22,749 nt of DNA from Candidatus Margulisiibacteriota bacterium (lineage in GTDB: Bacteria; Margulisbacteria; WOR-1; O2-12-FULL-45-9). The position numbers were made by a program, and so were the translations under genes. The DNA lies in NCBI GenBank assembly GCA_043816785.1, contig JBDRHP010000055.1:1-22749 (forward strand), written 5' to 3'. The notes below the pieces were generated by a model, which saw nothing but the letters and a program-made list of their open reading frames with translations, made no database searches and was not told the DNA's origin. Below, piece by piece: positions 10,078 to 17,718 of the stretch. Each line of letters starts with the position of its first letter. Positions within the stretch are counted from its first letter, which is position 1.

Positions 10078-10961
10078 TTTATCCACGAAATTGCCCGGCC
10101 GCCGTTAAAATATCGTTTGACAATATTGTTCAGTTTGCCCTGGTCCAGCTTCCAGTAATAAATCCCGTCAACCATCATGTCAGCGCCCGGGAGGGTGCTC
10201 ATGTTGACCTGTCCCAGTTCGTAGGCCTGGCGCAGGGACAGGGCCAGACCCAGGGTTTCCCGGGAATTTAGGTTGGTATCCAAAAATGACAACAGGGTCA
10301 GGAACAATTTTGGCGAGCGCAAGAGATTGTCGCGCTTCAGCAATTCATCGCCAAAGGAGCGTAAAAATTGTTGCTGCCGGCCAATGCGCTTAAAATCGCC
10401 GCCATCGCGGCGATATCTTAGATAACCCATGGCTTGTTTGCCGGACAGCTTTTGCTGGCCGGGCTTAAGATCAACATAAAGGCCGCCGGCGTAATCAACA
10501 TAATACATGCGTTTTTCAACGTTAATGTTCACGCCGCCCAGCTCATCGATTATTTCGATTATCCCAGAGAGGTTAACCGAGATGTAATAGGGGATTTGGA
10601 GCCCGAGCAGCTTTTCAACCGTGCGCCGGCTCAGGTCAATTCCGCCGTATGCATAGGCGTGATTGATCTTATCAAGACCGCGATCCGGCAGGACAGCCAG
10701 TGTATCGCGGGGAATGGAGATCAATGACGCCTCTTTGTTCTCGGGGTCGGTGTGCAGGACCATAATGGTGTCTGAGCGATGGCCAAAAGCGTTATCAATC
10801 CCCAGGACCAGAATGTTGGTGCTGGTGAGCAGCGGCTCGGTGGGCGTCAAACTCATAAAGACCTCGAATAAAGCCAATTTAGTGGCCACGGCGATCACAA
10901 AGCCAAAAATGGCTGAGAACAAGATCAAGACAATAGTAAAACCAACTAAAAATCGTTTCAT
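10074..10961 (-). CDS. LytR-CpsA-Psr (LCP) family cell-wall polymer ligase
   Basis: N-terminal TM, NILVLGID, RSDTIMV, SIPRDT, KINHAYAYGG, R..RQQ.F. Confidence 0.93.
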   Translation of the reverse strand: MKRFLVGFTIVLILFSAIFGFVIAVATKLALFEVFMSLTPTEPLLTSTNILVLGIDNAFGHRSDTIMVLHTDPENKEASLISIPRDTLAVLPDRGLDKINHAYAYGGIDLSRRTVEKLLGLQIPYYISVNLSGIIEIIDELGGVNINVEKRMYYVDYAGGLYVDLKPGQQKLSGKQAMGYLRYRRDGGDFKRIGRQQQFLRSFGDELLKRDNLLRSPKLFLTLLSFLDTNLNSRETLGLALSLRQAYELGQVNMSTLPGADMMVDGIYYWKLDQGKLNNIVKRYFNGGRAISWIK

Positions 10962-11524
10962 AAATTTAATAAATAATAATTACGCGTTCTAATTGTCCCA
11001 GGATGAATCGGCAAACCTTTTACCAGCAAGAACCTCAAGATGTTGGCGCTTGATTCAATGATCGCCTGGTCCAGATCTTTTGCTGCTAAGGACCTGATCT
11101 TCTTTACTCCGGAGAAGTTTCTGCCCTCCTCAATGTGATCGGCCAGGTAAATAATTTTTTCCAGCTTGTTCATGCCTGGCGCCCCAACTGTATGCCGGCT
11201 GATCGCGCGCAGGATCTCAGTTGATTTTACCCCAAAATCTCTCTTGGCCAGCAGAGCGCTGAGCTGGGCATGAAGCAGTTTTGGTTCAAACTTGCTGACC
11301 GGATCGATCCCAAGCTTAAACCTTTTGGCTTGCTTGAGCAACTCAGGCCGGCTAAATTTCCGGGCATAATCGTGCAGCAAAGCCGCCAGGCTGGCTTTGC
11401 CAGCGGGAACGCGATGACGCCGCGCCAAGGCCAGCGCGGTTTTTTCTACCCGAAGACTATGGGCATATCTTTCGGGATCAAGTTCCTTTTTAAGGATTTG
11501 TAAGATGGCATTTCGCTTGGGCAC
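10958..11524 (-). CDS. yqeK: HD-domain Ap4A hydrolase YqeK
   Basis: RYAHSLRV, AALLHDYA, LLHA, AI..HTVG, KIIYLADHIE.GR.F; conserved yqeK-LCP-rsfS synteny. Confidence 0.9.
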   Translation of the reverse strand: MPKRNAILQILKKELDPERYAHSLRVEKTALALARRHRVPAGKASLAALLHDYARKFSRPELLKQAKRFKLGIDPVSKFEPKLLHAQLSALLAKRDFGVKSTEILRAISRHTVGAPGMNKLEKIIYLADHIEEGRNFSGVKKIRSLAAKDLDQAIIESSANILRFLLVKGLPIHPGTIRTRNYYLLNL

Positions 11525-11600
11525 TAGATACCTTTTCCCTGCTCTGTGATGATGCGGGCCGAAGTCACCGTTGCATCCCCCAAAGAATTCTTTTTATCAT

Positions 11601-11633
11601 AAAAAAACCAAGACACTGATCAAGGGTCTTGGT
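11601..11633 (-). terminator. Intrinsic terminator within the yqeK 5' leader
   Basis: Minus strand ACCAAGAC-CCTTGATCAGT-GTCTTGGT followed by a T-run. Confidence 0.75.
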
Positions 11634-11698
11634 AATTGCCTGAGTTTATGGTTTAGATTTAATGGGAACGGTCTCCAAAACGAACAAACCTCACATCG

Positions 11699-11733
11699 TT
11701 GATATTATAGCCCAATTATCCTATAATTGTCAA
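11699..11733. promoter_or_regulatory. Overlapping divergent sigma-70 promoters
   Basis: Plus strand: TTGATA(11699-11704)-N17-TATAAT(11722-11727). Minus strand: TTGACA(11733-11728)-N18-TATAAT(11709-11704). Confidence 0.75.
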
Positions 11734-11735
11734 CC

Positions 11736-12476
11736 GTGAAACCACTAGCAGTAATAGTTTTGGCGGCGGGCAAGGGGACCCGGATGAAATCGGATCTGCC
11801 CAAAGTTTTTCATGAAATTCTGGGAGAACCGATGCTGACTTATGTCTTGGAAACGGTCAAACAGCTAGCGCCGCAGCAAACTTTTTTGGTAATTGGCCAT
11901 AAACGCGACCTGATCATGGATTATTATAAGGATTGGGACTTGAAATTTGTTATTCAGGAGGAACAGTTGGGGACGGGACATGCAGTGATGCAGGCCGGGC
12001 CATTGCTCAATGATTTTTCCGGCACGGTTTTGATCTTGGCTGGAGATGTTCCTTTGCTTTCGGCAGCAACTTTAGGCAAGCTGCTGGCTTTTCACCACCA
12101 GAATAACGCAGCAGCCACGGACTTAACCGCTGTTTTAGCTGATGCGGGCAATTACGGCCGGATCATCAGAGATGAAAAAGGCAAAATACTTAAAATAGTT
12201 GAGAAAAAGGATGCTAGTCCAGAGGAATTAAAGATCAATGAGATCAATACCGGCACCTTTTGTTTTGATAAAGCCGCGCTTTTTGCCTCCCTGGCTGAAG
12301 TGCGGCCGGACAATGCCCAGCAGGAGTATTATCTGACTGATACTCTGGAGATTCTCAAGAAGAAAGGTTTGTTGGTCTGTGCCTTTCGCGCCGAGGATCC
12401 CAGCGCGACCATAGGAATTAATACCAAGGAAGAATTGGTTTCTGTAGAGAAAATCCTCCTCAGCCGACAAGCCTAG
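11736..12476 (+). CDS. GlmU-like N-acetylglucosamine-1-phosphate uridyltransferase, N-terminal domain only
   Basis: ILAAGKGTRMKSDLPKV.H, QEEQLGTGHAV, GDVPLL, YGRI, IVEKKDA, EINTG, NAQQEYYLTD. The ORF stops before the hexapeptide acetyltransferase domain. The GTG start at 11736 is preferred. Confidence 0.9.
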   Translation: MKPLAVIVLAAGKGTRMKSDLPKVFHEILGEPMLTYVLETVKQLAPQQTFLVIGHKRDLIMDYYKDWDLKFVIQEEQLGTGHAVMQAGPLLNDFSGTVLILAGDVPLLSAATLGKLLAFHHQNNAAATDLTAVLADAGNYGRIIRDEKGKILKIVEKKDASPEELKINEINTGTFCFDKAALFASLAEVRPDNAQQEYYLTDTLEILKKKGLLVCAFRAEDPSATIGINTKEELVSVEKILLSRQA

Positions 12477-12508
12477 CGAGCCCCCCTTGGGAATCCTCTA
12501 AAAAAAGT

Positions 12509-12535
12509 GAAATTTCCCAAAAGTCCTGGCGAAAT
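12509..12535 (+). promoter_or_regulatory. Putative alternative-sigma (sigma-28-like) promoter, copy 1
   Basis: GAAA-N15-GGCGAAAT, within a shared context (A)6-7.TGAAATTTCCC also seen at 13007-13040. Confidence 0.45.
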
Positions 12536-12564
12536 ATAGGCGATCAAGCAAGGGAGTTAATTTT

Positions 12565-12969
12565 ATGGCAGTAAGTTTATTTTTTGGTGCGCTGTCTCGA
12601 CCTGCGGCGCCAGGTGCGTTGAATCGTTCGGCTATAAAAAGAGAGTTGAGAGGCGCTGGCTTAAGAATTGGTTGGCGTGGAGTCGTGACTGCCGCTCGCT
12701 GTTTACCCAAAGAGCAATTTAATGGTTTGATAAATTTTTTAAAGGCTGTTCGAGAAGAAGCTGGAGTGGAATTCTCTGTAATCTTGCCTCAGCTACCGAT
12801 CATTTTGGGGGAGAAAACAAATGGCCCGATCGATTTTGGCAAACTAGCTGAAAAGAAGCACGTGCATGAAATTGTCAATCAATTTTTTGATCAGCAATCG
12901 CTTGTGTTGGATTTGTCATTTTTGCTTGGTTATTTGCGCACAGTGCGCAATGGCCATAGCCCCTCTTGA
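12565..12969 (+). CDS. Hypothetical protein (134 aa)
   Basis: ATG with SD AGGGAG; fills the intergenic gap; no recognisable motif. Confidence 0.65.
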   Translation: MAVSLFFGALSRPAAPGALNRSAIKRELRGAGLRIGWRGVVTAARCLPKEQFNGLINFLKAVREEAGVEFSVILPQLPIILGEKTNGPIDFGKLAEKKHVHEIVNQFFDQQSLVLDLSFLLGYLRTVRNGHSPS

Positions 12970-13013
12970 AGCCCTGGCCCCTTCCCGCCGCGATAGCATA
13001 TCCACTAAAAAAT

Positions 13014-13040
13014 GAAATTTCCCTAAGATCGCCGCGATAA
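13014..13040 (+). promoter_or_regulatory. Putative alternative-sigma (sigma-28-like) promoter, copy 2
   Basis: GAAA-N15-CGCGATAA, compared with the FliA consensus TAAA-N15-GCCGATAA; 6 nt before the ATG at 13047. Confidence 0.5.
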
Positions 13041-13046
13041 AATGTT

Positions 13047-14408
13047 ATGATAAATAAGGTCTCCCAACGCAGCCTTATCCACCCGTATGGTCAGGTGCAG
13101 CGAACTCGTTATAAGGTCTTGCAAGATTTTCGCGCTAGAAATTGCTTGCCGGCCCGGGACAACCTTTTTGCCAGTGATCTGGATCGAGCAACACGCCTTT
13201 CTCCGAAAAAGTACCAACGGCTGGCAGAGATATTACAGTTCGCTGCAAAAGGACGGCCGGCTAAAGTTAGAGTTTATCTGCCGCTCCTGGACTTGGAAAA
13301 AGTTCCTCTCGAAGATATCCCGCTGGCAGAATTTAGAACCTATGTCCGGGTGCTCAAACTTGATCTGCGTCCCATCCTGCGGATCCGGGCCAGATTTCGG
13401 GAGAGAAATAGGGAACAGGAAATATATCCGAAGTCTTTGCCAGCCGCCGCGCTAATCGAGAACCAGCAAACCGCAGCGACAGAAATCACAAAAGAAACGC
13501 CGCCGGCTCAAAGGGTCAGAGAAAAATATTTACCTGAAACCCGCTTGATAAGACTGCGACGGGTTGATGATGAAGGCCATCGCATCCGTCTTACCCTGGA
13601 GTTGATCAGAAATCCTTACAGTCGTCTGTCTGAACAAAGTGACGAGATCGTAGCCGATCTGTTCAGGGCTTTTGCTAATGCCTGGGAAGCAGTTGTAGGC
13701 AGAGAACTGGAGGAAGGTTTTTATAAGAACTATATTAGAGAAAAGTATTGGAAAAAGGCAGAAAAACTGGCGATCCTGCGCAGGGCCGGCAGCAATGAAA
13801 TTCTTGGCTTTGCAGCCATGACCAGAGAAGAGATTAACGGAGAGCCTCTTTTTTGCTTGGCTGGAACAGTGCTTCATCCAGTGGTCCAAGGCTTGCGTCT
13901 GTCTGTTAAATTAAACCAAATGCTGGTGGTTGAGGCCTGGCGGCAGAATGCCCATTTAATTGGCGGCAAACTTCCCCTGGTGGTGCGCACAGCTAGTCCG
14001 CGCGTCCTGGGTTCCCTGGGCCCGCTGGAGAACCTTTTTCCCAATCCCTTAGTGCCGGAAGCCAAGCCGGAGCCAGAGAGAATCGCGTTGCTGGCGGATT
14101 TAGCGGCCAGATGGACTCCTGGGCTGGAATTTGACAGTAGATTTTCAGTCAGCCGGGCTGCGCTGACCAAGGGTGTGGGCGGTCTCATTTATGAGGAAGG
14201 ACAGGTGCAGCATTACCGCGATCGCCGGGTCAATGATTTTTGCCGAGAAAATTTAGATTATGAAGCTGGCGATCTTTTTATGATCAGCGGCGATTTTTCC
14301 CGACGGACTATTTTTAAAATGTTCTTGAAAAAGATCTTCCGGACGACTGGTTCCTGGTGGCGGAGACAGTTTATCAATGTCCACCGCTGGTTGACGCAGT
14401 TTTTTTAA
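13047..14408 (+). CDS. Hypothetical protein with possible C-terminal GNAT-like acyltransferase fold
   Basis: Long ORF. The segment EILGFAAM...LFCLAGTVLHPVVQGLRLSVKL resembles GNAT motif A (V.P..QG.G), followed by RTASPRV. Confidence 0.6.
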   Translation: MINKVSQRSLIHPYGQVQRTRYKVLQDFRARNCLPARDNLFASDLDRATRLSPKKYQRLAEILQFAAKGRPAKVRVYLPLLDLEKVPLEDIPLAEFRTYVRVLKLDLRPILRIRARFRERNREQEIYPKSLPAAALIENQQTAATEITKETPPAQRVREKYLPETRLIRLRRVDDEGHRIRLTLELIRNPYSRLSEQSDEIVADLFRAFANAWEAVVGRELEEGFYKNYIREKYWKKAEKLAILRRAGSNEILGFAAMTREEINGEPLFCLAGTVLHPVVQGLRLSVKLNQMLVVEAWRQNAHLIGGKLPLVVRTASPRVLGSLGPLENLFPNPLVPEAKPEPERIALLADLAARWTPGLEFDSRFSVSRAALTKGVGGLIYEEGQVQHYRDRRVNDFCRENLDYEAGDLFMISGDFSRRTIFKMFLKKIFRTTGSWWRRQFINVHRWLTQFF

Positions 14409-14419
14409 AGTTCTATAAT
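14391..14419 (+). promoter_or_regulatory. Sigma-70 promoter for the two-component operon
   Basis: TTGACG(14391-14396)-N17-TATAAT(14414-14419); the GTG start lies 7 nt downstream. Confidence 0.7.
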
Positions 14420-14426
14420 TCATGGA

Positions 14427-17400
14427 GTGGAGCTTTTCGTCGCTATTAACAGTTTCTTTCTCCTTTTGGCCCTGGCAGTAAACCTCGGGCTGGCAATTTT
14501 TGTCTTTTTAAAAAACCCGCAGGAAGAAACCAACCGTTTTTTTAGCTACCTGATGGGGGCGACCTCTCTTTGGATCTTAAGTTTTTTGCTTTTCCTTAAC
14601 GTTAACTCTGTTGAGTGGGTGCTGCTGCTGCGCCGCCTAACGCCGGTTGGCTCAGCCTTGATCGCCGGGGTTTTGCTCTATTTTAGCCTGGTCTTCCCTA
14701 GCTCCAAAAAAACCTATTCCTTTTGGATAAAACTCATCTGCCTGTTGCCCGGCTTTCTGTTTTCCTTCATATCAATATTTACTGCCTGGATGGTCAGGGG
14801 CTACTATGTTACCGATGTCAACTATTTGTTCCTGGGCAGGCCGCTGTTTGGCTGGGCCTATCAATTTTACAGCTTGTATTTTATAATCTACTTTTTTCTT
14901 GGCCTGGGAATTTTAATTAGAAAATATATTCTAGCCAAGGATCGCGCCAAGCTGCAGATCTTTTATCTGCTTTTTGGCGTGTCTGTTGCGGGTATTTGTG
15001 GGGTCGTGGCCAGCCTGCTGCTGCCGCTCTTGGGTATGCCAAGATTGTTTACGGTTGGTCCGCCCTTTACCTTGATCATGGCCTATTTTGCCACGCACGC
15101 CATGGTCCGCTATAAACTGCTGAACATCGAAGATTTTGTGCGGCACGGCATATTGTTCTTGTTTGCCACGGCTGCTGCGGTGGGCACCTTTGCCGTTATT
15201 TTGATCGGGCAGTGGACCTTTTTGTTTTCTTTTTACGTGGTGCTGGCTAATTTGATGCTTGGTCTGTTAGTGCTTTTTCAGCATCCCCGCAACAAAATCA
15301 ATTTGTCCTTCTTTTTGATAACAATTGGCATTGTTTTGTGGACTATTGGCGTACATATTTTCTGGAATTCGGCCAATTTGGGATTGGTCTTTTTCGGCGG
15401 CAAACTGGCATTTTTGGGCGCGGCAGGCATTCCGTCTTTTCTTTTATTATTCAGCCTGGCCTTTCCTAAGCAATTAAAGCCGATTTCCCGTTATCACTGG
15501 AGCCTGATCGTTTTTCCCCTGATGCTTTTCCCCTCGCTGATTTTTAGCAATCTGATCTTAAAAGAGGTGGCCTCGCTGGCTGGCGGGGTGCAGCGAATCT
15601 ATGGCGCGGCTTATCCGCTTTTTTCATTATATTATCTATTCTATTTGGGATTGTTTTTTTATAATCTTTTTATTAAGGAACGGGCGCTGACCGGCATCAG
15701 CCGGATCCAGGTGCGCTATGTTTTTCTGGCTTTTGGGCTGGCCTGTTCGATCGCTGTCACCACTAATCTGATCTTGCCGCTCTTTGGCCTTGGCACCTTT
15801 AGTTTTGTCGGGCCGCATGCCACTATTATTTTGGTCGGCGTGCTGGCTTACGCTATTCTTAAGCATCGCTTAATGAGCGTTGAGGTTGTAATTCAGCGCA
15901 GTACGGTTTACGGCACAGCCACACTCCTGATCATGGCCCTGTATGCCTTGGCGGTAATTGTTTCTGAAACTTTTTTCCGAAAGATGATGGGCTACTCTTC
16001 ATTAGTTATTACCGCGGCAGCCGCGCTGCTGATCGCGGTCGTTTACCAGCCGCTGGTCAAGAGTTTTCAAAACCTGACTGACCGCCTGTTCTTTCGCGGC
16101 CGTTATGATTATCAGGAAACCCTGCGGGAGATCAGCCATAAGATCGCGGCGGTGATCCAGCTGGAGGAACTAAGTAAATTGATCGTTTCCTCCTTTATTG
16201 ACACGATGAAGGTATCGGAGATCTCGTTCTTGCTGCTGGATAAGGATCATGAGCATTTTTGCTCCACTGCCATCTCATTGCCGCGCTATAAAAAAATAGA
16301 GATCGACGTAAGCAGCCCGATCATTTCCTGGCTATCAGCTTCCAAGGATATTCTGGTCCGTGACGAGATCGAAGATGAGATCAGCCACCAGGAAGTGGGG
16401 GGCGAAGGCGGTAAGCTGAGACAACACAGCTTGCAGGAAGTCGGCGATGAAATGGACCGCCTGGGGATTTCTGTCTGGGTGCCGATAGTTTCCAAGGACT
16501 CCCTGATCGGCATCATTGCCTTAGGCAACAAGCTATCAGGAGATGTCTTTACGACGGAGGATCTTGGTTTGTTAAGCACTCTGGCTAGCCAAACCGCGGT
16601 AGCGCTGGATAATGCCCGGCTATATGACGAAGTGGTCAATATGAAAGAATACAGTGAAAAGATCCTGCAATCCATGGTCAGCGGCGTGCTGACGGTTGAC
16701 ACCAAAGGCCGGGTAGTAACTTATAATTCCATGGCCGAGCAGATCACTGGCCGAAAAAAATTGGAAGTCCTTGGTAAAGCCTGTGAGGATATCTGGGGCA
16801 AGCGCGGCATGATCTCCAATATTATCGAGAATACCTTGAGCAAGGCAAAGAGTTATGTTAATTTTGAGTCGAACCTTGCTTCCCCGGAAAAAGGCCTGGT
16901 CCCGGTGGCGTTTTCTTCGACCTTGTTGTTTGACCACGCTGGCAAAAAACTGGGCGCCTTGATAACCATTCAGGACCTGTCGGAGGTCAAGGAGCTGGAA
17001 GATAAGGTCCGGCAGGCGGATAAGCTTGGGGCGCTGGCGACCATGGCTGCGGGTATGGCGCATGAGATAAAAAATCCCCTTTCCTCCATGAAGGTGCTTT
17101 CCCAGCTGCTGCCCAAAAAGATCGATGACCCTGACTACCGCAAAAAACTAGGGGAGATAATTCCGCGCGAGATCAACCGCATTGATAAGATAGTCGAAAG
17201 CTTGCTGGGCTTTGCCCGGGCAACTACCTTGAGCTTTGAGCCGACTGATATTACCGAGATCCTGGAGGAAAATTTAAAATATTTTGAGGCCCAGGCCGCT
17301 GACTCAGACGTCAAGATCATCCGCGATTACGCTAAGCTGCCGTTGATCGAGGTCGATCGCAGCCAGATCTCCCAGGTCTTTTCCAACTTGATCTTGAACG

Positions 17401-17702
17401 CTCTCCAGTCAATGAGCGGCGGCGGTGAATTAAAGGTTGTGACCAAGCTGGGAAAGGCGGTGGAGGGGATAACGCAAAATATTAAGATCCAGGTGACTGA
17501 CTCTGGATACGGGATTGCTGAAGAGAAGCTCAAAAAGCTTTTTGATCCTTTTTATACCACCAAGTATGGCGGCACTGGCTTGGGCTTGACGATCGGCCAC
17601 AGCATCGTTGATGGCCACAAAGGTTATTTTGATGTTGAAAGCAAAATAGGCTCTGGCACGACTTTTACTGTCACTTTACCCGTCAGTCAGGGGCTGATAT
17701 AA
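14427..17702 (+). CDS. Sensor histidine kinase: 2x 7TM-type membrane domain, GAF, PAS, HisKA, HATPase_c
   Basis: H-box MAHEIKNPL, N-box QVFSNLILNA, D.G.GI, FDPFYTTK, GTGLGL; GAF (VPIVSKDSLIGIIALG..DLGLL..LA.Q.AVALDNA); PAS (SGVLTVDTKGRVVTYN..AE). Confidence 0.95.
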   Translation: MELFVAINSFFLLLALAVNLGLAIFVFLKNPQEETNRFFSYLMGATSLWILSFLLFLNVNSVEWVLLLRRLTPVGSALIAGVLLYFSLVFPSSKKTYSFWIKLICLLPGFLFSFISIFTAWMVRGYYVTDVNYLFLGRPLFGWAYQFYSLYFIIYFFLGLGILIRKYILAKDRAKLQIFYLLFGVSVAGICGVVASLLLPLLGMPRLFTVGPPFTLIMAYFATHAMVRYKLLNIEDFVRHGILFLFATAAAVGTFAVILIGQWTFLFSFYVVLANLMLGLLVLFQHPRNKINLSFFLITIGIVLWTIGVHIFWNSANLGLVFFGGKLAFLGAAGIPSFLLLFSLAFPKQLKPISRYHWSLIVFPLMLFPSLIFSNLILKEVASLAGGVQRIYGAAYPLFSLYYLFYLGLFFYNLFIKERALTGISRIQVRYVFLAFGLACSIAVTTNLILPLFGLGTFSFVGPHATIILVGVLAYAILKHRLMSVEVVIQRSTVYGTATLLIMALYALAVIVSETFFRKMMGYSSLVITAAAALLIAVVYQPLVKSFQNLTDRLFFRGRYDYQETLREISHKIAAVIQLEELSKLIVSSFIDTMKVSEISFLLLDKDHEHFCSTAISLPRYKKIEIDVSSPIISWLSASKDILVRDEIEDEISHQEVGGEGGKLRQHSLQEVGDEMDRLGISVWVPIVSKDSLIGIIALGNKLSGDVFTTEDLGLLSTLASQTAVALDNARLYDEVVNMKEYSEKILQSMVSGVLTVDTKGRVVTYNSMAEQITGRKKLEVLGKACEDIWGKRGMISNIIENTLSKAKSYVNFESNLASPEKGLVPVAFSSTLLFDHAGKKLGALITIQDLSEVKELEDKVRQADKLGALATMAAGMAHEIKNPLSSMKVLSQLLPKKIDDPDYRKKLGEIIPREINRIDKIVESLLGFARATTLSFEPTDITEILEENLKYFEAQAADSDVKIIRDYAKLPLIEVDRSQISQVFSNLILNALQSMSGGGELKVVTKLGKAVEGITQNIKIQVTDSGYGIAEEKLKKLFDPFYTTKYGGTGLGLTIGHSIVDGHKGYFDVESKIGSGTTFTVTLPVSQGLI

Positions 17703-17718
17703 TTTCAGAGGAGCAGAG

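Noticed and set aside
11634..11680. Glycine riboswitch resemblance (GGAGA ... AAACUCAGGCAA on the minus strand)
   Set aside because: It lacks the conserved CCGAAG segment and the CUCUCAGG spacing. It also does not match the glmS ribozyme, preQ1 or fluoride consensus by eye.
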